A stretch of 63,299 nt of DNA, filler included, from Choristocarpus tenellus KU-1152 (Eukaryota; Protista; Phaeophyceae), in assembly GCA_964200185.2 (NCBI GenBank). It is 12 parts of 12 records of this genome, joined end to end, with 100 filler letters (N's around TTAATTAATTAA, not from the genome) between each part and the next. Parts side by side here need not be neighbours in the genome. Positions count along the whole stretch, not along the records: positions 34,313 to 38,807 come from CAXNAD020014296.1; positions 38,908 to 42,692 come from CAXNAD020017939.1; positions 42,793 to 48,403 come from CAXNAD020010256.1; 9 more parts are not named here. One strand, 5' to 3'. The translations under genes and the position numbers were made by a program. Of the stretch, positions 36,316 to 48,403 are shown piece after piece (positions within the stretch are counted from its first letter, which is position 1; every line of letters starts with the position of its first letter). The notes beneath the pieces were generated by a model. The model had not been told where the DNA came from, searched no databases, and was given only the letters and a program-made list of their open reading frames with translations.

Positions 36316-38396
36316 ACCTCCATCTGATAGGAAATGCCTTCTCCATCTGCATTTCGAAGTCCCAAACTCATGGAGAGGTTGAGTACTGTTCGACTGCATG
36401 TGGACAGAGCACTGCCAATGCTAACGAAGGTGGTACTGCGCTACCTGCTTAACTGAAATACCTACTATTAAACCTTATTTGACCAGGTTGAAGGCTCATA
36501 GAACTCACGATGAAGGCTTCTATCTTCAACATATTTTATCTATTAAATGCCAACCCAACAACAGCACAAGGGCCACATAGAATCACCAGAAAAGGGTATA
36601 GCTGAAAGATCATTTCCACATTTGAGATTTAGAAGGCTGAAGGGGTTTAATAGAACTCCAATAATGCTTCTATCTAATGCTCTAAAGAGTCAAACTCTCA
36701 CAAAACAACTTTACACAACTCCAACATAAATCGGGACCAAGGACCCTATCGTTTTCCATCTAGACTACCACTGCCAGAAAAACTTAGAAAATCCAACCAT
36801 CTCCTGCAGTGCTGAGGAGCGACGCCATCGCCTCCTATACAAAATTCAATGGAACCCATCGAGTGTCATATTTAAATAAATCTTCACAGGGTAAAAATAC
36901 ATACTTGACAAAATCCAGCGTATTAATTCTCATCACCCAGGTGCAATTCTTGCCGTCAGTGTTGACTACAAATTCAACTATTTGCACTATAGTATACTAC
37001 TATAGTGTAGTACGATGTTCACATAACATTAAGACACCATTTAGAAAACGTTTCTAGTAAGTAGGCGTGTAAACCGCCTTGGACGCCAATTTTCAAGGTA
37101 CTCTAGAACACTATAATTCTTAAGCAGTTCGCAAGAGATAATCCAATATTATGATTATAAAAATACTAGCATTATGTATGTCGTGCATATATGGCACCAT
37201 TTTTACTGTCACTTGTACCTGGATCTTACGTTCTTCAACTATAATTGTGTACAAAAACTGAAATTTTATGCATGAAAGAAAATAAAGACTACAAGCACAG
37301 TGGGAACAGTAACCCGATTCTTAGTGAAAAGGGCCATCCAGGTGGAAAAAAATTGTCCAACAGGGCTGGCCCAAGTAAAATGTGAACGAACCGATTCGGG
37401 TCAGGACCAAAAAGACCTTCAACACGAATTGCCCGTCCAAGTGTGAAGCCCTGAAAAAAAAAAGTTGAGCAAGTGTGGTGTTTCGGAACATTCTTTGGAT
37501 CTATGGGAACCCGGCTAAGTCACTTCATTTGCTCTTGTGTTGCGTGTTGCATGGACTTTAATGCCCTGTACATACCTATCTACCCATGGCACAACCATTC
37601 TCGATCTGTTCTTGTGTCTCAAGACAAGATGCTAATACTGAAACACAACCACAAAAAAAGAAGAAAAAACACACACATATTACGGAAATGACTTGCATGT
37701 CTTGTAATCATTATGGACGGAGTTGACCGTAAGCACCTCCGCTTCAGAGCACTACTACTGCTATACACCGGACGTGGAAAACACTTGCAAAAAAAAAGGC
37801 GCTCCCCCATCCTGGTTGACAACATCAAGAAAAAAAACTTGAATGTTTTCCCCTCGAATGAGGAGATGAACATGCCCGCACAATTCTATTAATACCTGGA
37901 AATCAGAACCCATTCAAAACAACGGCATACTTCCTGTCAGGCACACACAACGGCATCAAAACCAGACAACACTCCCACGTGATTATCCACCCCCACCACA
38001 GAGAACGACACTCATTAAAAACATTGTGCCAGTAGATGACCAGATGCCCTCATCGGCAACTCAAAAGCTGCAACAAATGCCAGTGTGCTCATTCTTGTCC
38101 TGCTCCCACATTCCCTTCGATAAACCTCAATTCTACAGCAACGCACACCATCAACACTACTCAAAGGCCACGCACACACATATCAACTGCAACTCCTTTA
38201 CAGTACCCTTCTCCATCCCTTTCACCTCTCCCGACGCCTTCACTCTCTCTAGGAACACAAACGATAGATGCTGTGTGGAACTGGGAAGGCATGGTTAATG
38301 AAAAAACAAGCCTGTATGTGAGACACACACACATAAGGTTAACTGACAGTCTGGAGTGAATAAACGCACACAATCATGGTAGGAGGGCCCTACCCC

Positions 38397-38712
38397 AACT
38401 ACAAATACAGAGATGAACGCCTTCTCCTGGCACTCTAATCACCGCACAACTGCCAACTGCCATCACAGCCAGTCCCCTCTCGATGAAACACAACAAACAC
38501 AACACTTGACAGGAGTCGCAAGAGACCAGCCACGCATTTCCAGCAAGTCTACAGAGAGTCTTGTCATCCATATCCTTCCACCTCCACAGCTGAAAATGAG
38601 AAAAGTGTTGTAATAGCCATCAGATGCTCCCAGGTTCCATGTTACCCACAATGTGACCATAAGCTCAAAATCAACACTGACACGGATAGGCTGCAACAAG
38701 TGGTGTTGTATG

Positions 38713-38780
<68 letters not shown>

Positions 38781-38907
38781 ACCGGTCCGGTAACAGCTGC
38801 TCGGCTANNNNNNNNNNNNNNNNNNNNNNNNNNNNNNNNNNNNNNNNNNNNTTAATTAATTAANNNNNNNNNNNNNNNNNNNNNNNNNNNNNNNNNNNNN
38901 NNNNNNN

Positions 38908-38969
<62 letters not shown>

Positions 38970-39960
38970 AGATACTTTGACCCACTACATAGAAAATGTC
39001 GTCTCATTTATCCAGACACATTTTGACTCCTACTCAAGAAGAGCGTCTTCATATACTGTTCATAAAATGCCGTCCCTCACCTTACCTTACCTTGTCGAGC
39101 ATACTATACAATTATGTACCGCAGATTACATAGACATACATTTGATGTTTCAAGCGCATAAGTTATGTTCATGTATGTACAGAGTGGTATACAAATTATG
39201 TTCATGCATGTACAGAGTGGTATACAAATTATGTTCATGCATGTACAGAGTGGTATACAAATTATGTTCATGTATGTACAGAGTGGTATACAAACAAATG
39301 TAGACAATACACCCGCCAAAATTGTTGATCGTGTAAATACATTCTGATACATCAACTGCACACTCAGCACACTTTTAATAAAAACCTAACCAGCTTAAAA
39401 CACGGTAGTACTGCTCCAGAGTACAAAAAAAAAGCCCTTTTTGCATGAGAAATTGTATCGCATTAATCCCATTGATTGACTGATTGATTGATTGATTTGA
39501 TCATCACACATCGATCCAAAACATGATGCAACAACGCCATGGCACTCAACGGGCATTATCATTGGAGAAACAGATACATATGATCTACTCGGACTCGTAG
39601 TTAGAAAGACTAAGAATAGTTAACTCCTCGTGCAACATCATTATGCAATATTTTTCTTAATATTGAAAAATTAATAAATTTAACGATCACTATAAAAAAT
39701 ATTTGCAACCTGTAGTAAATTCGTGCATCACAAGTAAACATTTATTGATTTAAAAACGGTAATAATAATAATAATATCAATCACAACAAAAAAATATATA
39801 CAATTACAAAAACATTATGTACACATTATACTATCATAATAACTCACATCCCTCGTCGTAGCAAGAACAGCCAAGCCTGTGTCCTCAAACGCCTCCACCA
39901 CAGATACCTCACAGACATCATCCAAGACCAACAGGCATTTGCGAAGCATCCTCTTCCCAC
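38397..39960 (-). CDS. NB-ARC (STAND NTPase) gene fragment: exon 39848-39960 and probable exon about 38397-38589
   Basis: The AG/GT-bounded exon encodes KCLLVLDDVCE (Walker B) ...VLATTRD (RNBS-B). The downstream exon has an ARC1-like LC...LAVMAVGS...W pattern. No P-loop exon was found, and a gap separates the two exons. Confidence 0.62.
39160..39292. repeat. 33-bp minisatellite x4
   Basis: AAATTATGTTCATG(C/T)ATGTACAGAGTGGTATAC. Confidence 0.92.
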
Positions 39961-40065
39961 CTGTCATCAACAAGTACAAACAAAAAACACACACACGACA
40001 CAGAAATACAAACAAAAAACAGAAATAAGTAAATTTTAGAAAAGCTATTAAAAAAAAGTAGCAAC

Positions 40066-40213
40066 TGATAGACCGCTATGTCTGATAGACACCTATGTCT
40101 GATAGACACCTATGTCTGATAGACACCTATGTCTGATAGACACCTATGTCTGATAGACACCTATGTCTGATAGACACCTATGTCTGATAGACACCTATGT
40201 CTGATAGACACCT
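40066..40213. repeat. 17-bp minisatellite, about 8.5 copies
   Basis: CTGATAGACACCTATGT. Confidence 0.95.
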
Positions 40214-41359
40214 TTGTCCACGCGTTCCTAAATCTAACTTATCATGTTTTACTATTTAAAGACATCACACCACACACACACATACATATACAAGTATATA
40301 TTCCAGACTTTATGAGCTCATCCATTGCTGCTAAGAGCAGGGAGGGACCTACTTTATTCCATTTCTTTGTAAAAGAATGTGGGTGGGGAAATGCCTCAAA
40401 ACGGTTACCTGTAAAGCTATCCATACCTTCATGCCTTATCTCTCTCCATGTAAATACAAATAGCATACTGAACACACGTTGTTGTTGTTATCCATATGGA
40501 GGGTACTAAGGTAGGGGTACTAAGAACACAGCAAAGATTTTGTGGGTGAACAGGTAATACTCCTCCCTCCCCCCCCCCAAAAAAAAAAAACTTCCCCTAC
40601 CCCCCATCCAATAAAAGTGAAGACACATAATATGTAAATGGAACTAATTCCTCTAGAGGACCCCAAAAAAGATGAGATACATAATATGTAAATGTAACTA
40701 ATTCCTCTGGACTGACTCTCACCAATCACACACCCATGACCTCATTCAAATGAATGTGCAAGATGAGAACTGTTCACGACATCTAACACAGAACAAACAG
40801 TCACTCCCCCAAAAATAATAATAATAACATTACAAACATTGAAAAAAAAAAACTACCTTTCCAACAACAAAATAACCCCTTCGTACTTCAACACAACACA
40901 CACACAATTCTCCCCCCTCCCCACCCCCACCCCCACCCCTCCACCTGCTCAAATATATATATATATCAAGAGTCGTGTAACAACGCACACCCCAACTTAC
41001 CAAAACCTCAAAACAAACAAAAAGACCAAAAATAAAAAAAGGGTCGGAGGTTGAGAGACTCTCACACGCTCTGCTAAGAAAAAAACCAATTAGATGTATA
41101 TTATTTTTTTCTAGTGACGGAAGAGATACAGTGCAAGACCCATACGAAATACAGCGCCCTTAAAAAGGTCACCTCTCCATCCAAGGTTTAGACTGTTATC
41201 TCTTAACATCACCAATGAGCACCACATCCAAACATAATACCAATACCAACTCGCCAACCCATTTCATCAACTGACGTCAGCAGCCCCAAAAACCATGCTC
41301 ACAAAAAAAGGTCCTATTTTATATTTTACATTCCGTTTCTGATTCCCCGGCGCCTACCT

Positions 41360-41840
41360 CTCTTGCTCTTTCAGTGTTGAGAGAGTTCTGGCTAACCCTA
41401 ACCCTAAGGAACACGGGGATGGGTGCAAAAAAAAATTTTAAAAAGGAATTGCATTCCGTTCCTCACACTTTCTCTTACTTACTCTTTCAGTGTTGAAAGA
41501 GTTCAGGCTAGGTTAGGGTTAGGGATTAGGTGCTAGAAAGAAAGAGAAAAACTACACTCCATTCCCGAGGCTTCTTGCTCTCCTTTTGGTGTTGAAACAG
41601 TTCAGGCTAGGTCGTGGTTAGGGTTAGGGTTAGGGATAGGGATAGGTGCTAAAAAGCAAAAAATCTTGTTGATCTCACGAACTTTGGGAAACGATGCTTG
41701 ACAAATGAGAAGATTTTTTTTTTCCTGTAATTGTAATCTCAGAACAAAAGACTGGTGTTACAGGAGACAGTACCGAGCTATCAATTAATAAAAAGTGCTG
41801 TTTCTAACCCTAACACTAACCCTAACACTAACCCTAACTC
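41360..41840. repeat. Roughly 110-bp repeated unit carrying short TTAGGG/CCCTAA tracts
   Basis: CTCTTTCAGTGTTGA..GAGTTC.GGCTA occurs three times, each followed by telomere-type hexamers; a further (CCCTAA/CACTAA)n tract at about 41805-41837. Confidence 0.7.
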
Positions 41841-41989
41841 TATTGATTAATCGAAAGTGCTATTTCTAAAGGACACCGAAAATATAAAAATAAGAATCAA
41901 AAACAAAAAAAGAGACAGAAGATACATTCCCCTGCAGTAGAACTCAGCACCACTAAAGAATTACGCACATAAAATCATACCTTTTTTTT

Positions 41990-42155
41990 ATTTTGCAGAT
42001 ATGTCAGGCGGGAAACCAATGAAAAATAAAAATAAAATATCATAAACATAAGAACACTATAAAACAATGTAAGTGTGGAAACCCACTAATCAGTTACTTC
42101 AGCACTATCAAATATCGTACTACTGTCTTCCTTATCTTCCCATCTACCTACTGTC
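41990..42155 (-). mobile_element. Short 3'-end fragment of the CRE-like element
   Basis: Reverse complement of about 29045-29235. Confidence 0.75.
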
Positions 42156-42269
42156 ATTGTATCATTCACAAGTTGTACCATACAAAATCTGTACCATTCC
42201 CATGTTTACTCCCTCAAGTCAAACAACCGTATATTTTTATAATAATCACAAAAAAAAACACATTACATA

Positions 42270-42488
42270 CACGTACAGATATATGCAAAATCCAGATTTT
42301 TTTACAAATGCGTGTACGATATTTTCTGAATTCTGTCCAAAAGTTGAAAAATAATAGAGAAATCATCGCTCTCACAAGTCAAACTTAAAGCTTCATCCAT
42401 AATAATATAGGTGAAATGCAAAAGATTAAAACACTGGCTTAAAATGCAAAACGACCAAAAAATGGGTACCTCTCATTTACTTTGACTC
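42270..42488. mobile_element. MITE family B, partial
   Basis: Aligns to the reverse complement of 34917-35130; ends TCTCATTTACTTTGACTC. Confidence 0.75.
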
Positions 42489-42861
42489 AGTTCTATTCAA
42501 ACAGGAAAAGACATATCAACAAAGGGAAGCATAGTTGTAGGTAGACAGGTCTACGGTAAGGAGGGGTGGACCAGAGTTCTTCGAGGAACTCTTAGAAGTC
42601 CAGGATATTTTCCTGACAAGGCTCCATCAATGGGACCCAAAGTATCTGGGGGGGTGGGGGTCTACACCAGGGGTGTCCATTATCATTCGATGNNNNNNNN
42701 NNNNNNNNNNNNNNNNNNNNNNNNNNNNNNNNNNNNTTAATTAATTAANNNNNNNNNNNNNNNNNNNNNNNNNNNNNNNNNNNNNNNNNNNNCTTTTCCT
42801 GATTTTGAGCCAAATGGACAACCTGGTGTAGACCCCCCTCCCCTCCCAGATACTTTAGGTC

Positions 42862-43303
42862 TCGTGTTGTTTTTGTTGGTACTGCAAACCAGAGGGCAGA
42901 TGTCTTGACCAAGAATTTGCCAGTTCGAGTTTTTAGACAACATGTGAAGTTTTCGATGAACATGTGACTCAACGTTTGTTTTTGATTTGATTTGATTTTT
43001 TGTTTTATGATGGTTTGAGAGTTAATACTTGTTTTCAGCAAGGGGAGGATGTCGAATAACTTAGTGTTATCCTTACTTTTTTTGTGCTGACACAAGTATA
43101 CAACATAGGTTATACGTACGTTTATATTTGGTTAGGTATGATACAGAGTACGTACGTATATAAAATATAATAAGTCAACATTAATCCACACGTCAGTGAT
43201 GATGAATGGTTGACAGGCAATTAATAATTCAGTGTGTGCTTTACCATGTAATTCAACTGCTAGCTTCCGGCGACGAGCCTCATGTGTGCCAAGCTTCTCA
43301 ACA
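42862..43303 (+). mobile_element. Copia 3' end with PPT and 3' LTR (43050-43303), same family as 10826-11970
   Basis: Near-identical to 11562-11970; interrupted on the left by a family C MITE end (42793-42861). Confidence 0.92.
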
Positions 43304-43649
43304 CAGAACTGGTGAGACATAGGAGGGACAGTGCTTATTGAACGTATGTTTGGTGTTTGGCAACATTCATATCTGTATACATGTTTGTTTTCCTCTCCAA
43401 CTTTGTGTGTGTTTTAGGGATACTGTTTCAATTTTAGTTTTACGTCACTTCTCCACACGTTTAACCCTATCTAGACAACATTGCCACCCGTACGTGCCAT
43501 ATACAACCCAAGTTGTTAATATCCCTCCAGAAGATCACTTCTTTCCCTTGGCCCCCCTTCCTCAGCAGCACAACCCAATAACCACGTTTGAAACAATCCT
43601 TGCCCCCTTTCTTGCTCCTTGCTGCAACTATGGACAATATATTTCCACT

Positions 43650-43725
43650 AATATTCAGCCATGTACTTACTACCTTGCGCATGGCATATGCGGCTATGGA
43701 GTCACGTGCAAGTTTGATCACCCAG
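43650..43725 (+). other. Isolated CCCH zinc-finger motif
   Basis: QPCTYYLAHGICGYGVTCKFDHP fits C-x8-C-x5-C-x3-H; no gene context could be established. Confidence 0.55.
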
Positions 43726-46700
43726 TCCAAGAGAACAAACTTATCTCCTTTGAAAAGAGGAAGGTAGGCATCATGGACGGCAATGGTTGAGTGGGACATA
43801 TCCATCTTGTACCTGTCTTCTTTTCAATCTATCTGCTATTCCCCTGATTATCCTTATCAATCCCCCATCCCCTCCCCTGCTTTCTATATCTTAGGTTCTT
43901 GGGTTGTCTCGCTCCCCTACTGCGACTTCATGTGTAACCAGATGGAGCAATGCTCAACACTCACAGTGAAGCATCAAGGCACAGACCTGAGCATGGCGTC
44001 AAAGGGTGGGATACCAGGGGCGCAGTTGCTCCACCCAACCCTTTCATTGGTGAGGGTGTTCTTTTGGTGGTTATCAAACAGGGATAGCGAATTGTGAGGA
44101 TTGATGGCATAGTAGGGTGTAGAAAGATAGGGTATTCATCTTCTGTGTTATTGATACTATACAGTATTACCAGTTCATGCTGACTGTTGATTTACACATC
44201 GGTACTGGTCGTTACTCACCGTTTATGAAATTCATACTACCTTATAGGATTATGAATTACTGTTGTAATTCCATGGTTCATAGCAAGTCTGAAACAGTTG
44301 ATATCTCTCAAACATGCAAGTATAGTGTGTGCCACATGAGTTGTCTCTGAAATTACAACACGTCCATACCCGAGAGGTATTTAATCCCCCTTACAAAAAT
44401 TTGACTAGATAATATTAGTTGTAAACACACTGTTAGCCAAGATTTCCCTCCACAGTACTCAAAATGGATGTACCACAAGGCAGTCATAGGTGCCCCCAAA
44501 CCTCAGACACACTCCCCTCTTAGGTTGTTATACTCTTTTCCATTGTTTGTATTATTGTTTCACCACATTGGTAGTCTGATCTGCACAGGCCCTTGATGAG
44601 AAATTTCAGACAAGAGAGATATAAGAAGGATATATAGACATGGAAACGAAGAAATATAACAAAGGAAAGTGTTCTACATTTTTCTAAATATCGTACTTTC
44701 CAACACTAGGGATGCCAAAGTTGATTGGTGTATGAAAGGCATACTGCGCTACAATGGTCTCCTTCTGTAGTTGGTTAGGTATTATGACATGAGTTTATTT
44801 TTGTTGGTGTGAGAAGTGATTTTGTACAAGGTAGCTACTAAAAAGGCGGCAGAAATTTCGTTTCAATCGTTTTGTATTATAATCTCTAGTTCACCAATTG
44901 TATGACTTGAGGGCTCCAAGGTATGCCATTTTGGTGTGAGTGAGGTAACCGTTCCACGTAATATGAGAAAGAGAAGGTTCAGATCTTATTCTAGTACTCA
45001 TTACTTAGTGTCAAGGACAATGTTGATAGAAAGTTGATTTTTTTGGCAATATTATTGTCTTCTCTCGAGCTGGAATTGTGGGTAAGTATTTGAAATAGTA
45101 AAAAACACTACTTCAAACAGGTTTTTGCCATAATTCCAGTCCAAACCTGGATGCGAAGAGCTTGAGTTAGGTGAAAGGATAATATGGTAGCCTTACGAAG
45201 GGTGCGATGTTACCTACTAGTATAACATAGGCGTGTGGAATCATGGCAAGAAAGGAGGGGCAGTGAGAAATGTGTTAACAGGTGATAGTGTTGGCACCAA
45301 TTTAGTGCCTGCTTGTCATGATGTGTGAGTAGGAGCGATGCTCATGTCCCAAAAGATCTTTATCCCCCCAATTGCGTATGTACTGTTGACGAGTGAAGGT
45401 ATACGGAAGGTATGGGATGACTGCAGGATGTGCTATTTGTTGTAATCCAATTCATCATATGCCAGTCCCTTCTACCAGTAAATGGAACATCTGGTAAAAA
45501 GAGGTAAGGTTAGACGATATAGTATGCTTACCATGGATCCTCACGAAAGAATTTGGAGGAGATAGATTTACAGTAGGTACTGGCAAAGTAGTTAAGGCTT
45601 TCAACTGTTGTATATATAATGCATTCGATTATTGGATGTATGGGCATACTTGAAAAAAGTATGATATTTTCTTTCTACTGAACACTTCATTGGTGAGTCA
45701 GGCAAATGATGATTGTGATAGAGGTATTTGTGTCTATATCTGAGCGTATGGAAATGAAGGTTTGCTGAAACGTTTCTTGTGCTCCGTTGTCAACCCTCCT
45801 GGCACCTATCCAACATATTTTGAAATAGATGTGCAGTCGAGATTGTGTTGAGTAACAGTCTTTGTGCAAATTTTCAAACTTGTTACATTCAGCCATATTC
45901 TCAATCAACTCTGTCGTTCACCTGTCAAGGAATTTGGTGTGTAGTCATTTTTGAGGTGCTGGTATCTATACGTGGTCCTCTGAATTATATTCAAACTTGT
46001 TGTAAGTATTGAAACATCCTTGATTTCGTATGGGCAAAGAAGGTAGGAGTTTGGTATACGTGAACAGTTCACTTCAGCAAAGCTTGCGATCCATAATGTG
46101 ATGTGAGACCCGGACCCCTCTCTGTACCTACCACTGGAGTGCATCTCGAACCAGAACCTGGGATGTACAGTTTATACATGGGCCTGGGCCTGGAACTGTG
46201 ATTTTGGATCCAGGTCCTGACTTTGTATACAACCAGCTGAAACATGTGTTTGTCTTATGGTGAATAGTAAATAAATGAATACTACAAAGCTCATTTGTCC
46301 ATGTGCAGCTTGGTTCATAATTAGATAATTTCATACTTCTTAAGTTCCCTTAGATTCAGAAGCATCATTACAGTGGAAGGTATTGGTCCAAGCTTCATGC
46401 CGCTGGACCCGTATGGACCTCCACCTTCACATGTGGCCTGAGAGTAATTGAGACCCCTACCAGAGATCCACACTATGCTCAGACTGGAAATCATGCCTGT
46501 ACCTGTGATTTATGCACAATCAAGTACCTGGATCGAAGAATCACAACGTGGCCTCAGACTTAGACCTCAACATGTACCGCAACTCGAGTGCATTGTAGAC
46601 CTGGACTTGTGCACATTTTACAACCTCAGACACGTGCGCCTGTACCTATGATTTGCAGGTCAATTGGACTCTGACCGATTTTACACCATGCTGTTGTAGT

Positions 46701-47139
46701 GCAAGTCTTGGCTTTGTAGTTGTGCTCATGATTGAGTGCCCATTGATACCTGTACCAGTCCCCACGTACCAGTGGCGAGATTTACACCTGTAATCTAGAA
46801 AGCATAAAAAACAGTTAGGGAGAGCAAATCCTTCAGTTCCGAATCAAACTGTACTGTGAACCGGAAAATATGACCAAAGAGATTTTCAAAGTGTATTTTG
46901 GTATGCTTGCTTTTGATTGGATCTGGGATATAAGAATAGCTGAGAATATGCGTGCGTATCCAACCAATCATAGAGAGCGTTGTATGGCGGATGGCAGAGA
47001 TTCTTTTCAATACCCTTGGCAAGAACATGGGACGTCAATGAGCTTAATTGTTGAACCATACAAATTATCATGTGGTAACCATGTTCACAATGGCAGGCTC
47101 TGCTTTGAAGTACAGTATTTTGTGATACTAGCCTGTCTC

Positions 47140-48234
47140 TACTTGCCTTGTGACGGTCTACCTAAAGTTATCAATAATGAAGCTCTTTGCGTATGTTTCA
47201 AAAAGGTGAACAATATGTTATAGTAGTGTGGTAAGGCTACAGTGGTACCAGTAGCTTCGCCCACTGGGATTGTCCAGTCATTACTTTTGATGTAAACATC
47301 GTATTTAAGAAATAGAAGCATATTCGTGATGCCCGTGACAATGCCCTTCAGAGTATCGGCTTCGTTTTTTCTTTTGGGAAAAAGTTTTTGAGGAATAACC
47401 ACTTATATTGGCATTCGAACCCTGGATTGTAGGTCAACAAGAGGGACAACAGATATACTATCCCTTGATTAAATTATAGGGTATTGGCGGGAAAAAAGCC
47501 TCCCCACCCTTTCTTCCAGTGTGTTCGCGCATTCATTGTTTGACCTCGTCGAGGCCCAAAACGTAACGCCTCTCGTAGCGCCCTTGCTCCGTCACCTTGA
47601 TGTGGCCCTTAGTTAGGAAGTCTCTCTCCCATTTACTCACTGTTTCTGACCTGACCATCGCATATCCTGCTGCCATCTCAAGTTCGTTTGGATGGTCTTT
47701 CCCGTTGTTCTTGCACAGGTATAGGATTCGCAGTGTTAGAGCCATTACTATCACATTGCCTCGTTGAGTGCCAAAAATGGGCATCGTTTGTGTTTCCTGG
47801 GCGAGTGATATTTTATGGTCAAGATGCAAGGGTGAGGGAGGACTGGCTTGGGTTGATCGAAAAATGTGTTGCTTTCTCGAATGAATGCAGGCTGGGAGAA
47901 AGCCTTAATCAACTTTACATGTCCAACCCTAAGTCCAGGAAAAAACGTGAATGTACGGCATTTTGCAAGAAGTGGGAGACAACAAACCATCGGTGTGCAC
48001 ATAGTCTCAATCGCACCTCCTCTTCTTCCCTGGTGTCCATTTCGATGGCTACCTCCACCTGCTTCGCGACCTCTTCTAAGTAGAGGATTTGGTCGTATCG
48101 AAAGGTCTCCACAGCAGCCTTTGTTATGATCGCTTACTCCTCCGTCTTGCAAGCCCTTTTGAACTTCTTTTGGGTTTATGAACCCTTGTAGCCCAACCCT
48201 AAAACCTCTTTCTCGTTTCCTTAAGCAACTCTGA
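47140..48234 (-). pseudogene. Degraded DNA-transposase-like region (second copy)
   Basis: ETVSKWERDFLTKGHIKVTEQGRYERR; homologous to 4490-4975. Confidence 0.45.
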
Positions 48235-48403
48235 TGTTCGATTAGACTCTTCCAACTCTATCGGACAGTTACGGTAAAATATGTATGGAGTAACGGAACA
48301 ATCAATTAGTGATTGAGGTATCATAACCTTTTACTAGTGATTAGTTGAATGAGAATTTTTGTCATATAAAATGAAATATTTCTGATTTTATGGGGCCTTG
48401 CAT
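48235..48403 (+). repeat. Copia LTR, partial, same family as 54984-55251
   Basis: TGTTCGATTAGACTCTTCCAACTCTATCGGACAGTT matches the reverse complement of 55216-55251. Confidence 0.85.

Noticed and set aside
38977-39303. Repeat protein (YKLCSCMYRVV)n
   Set aside because: Translation of a 33-bp minisatellite with no gene structure.
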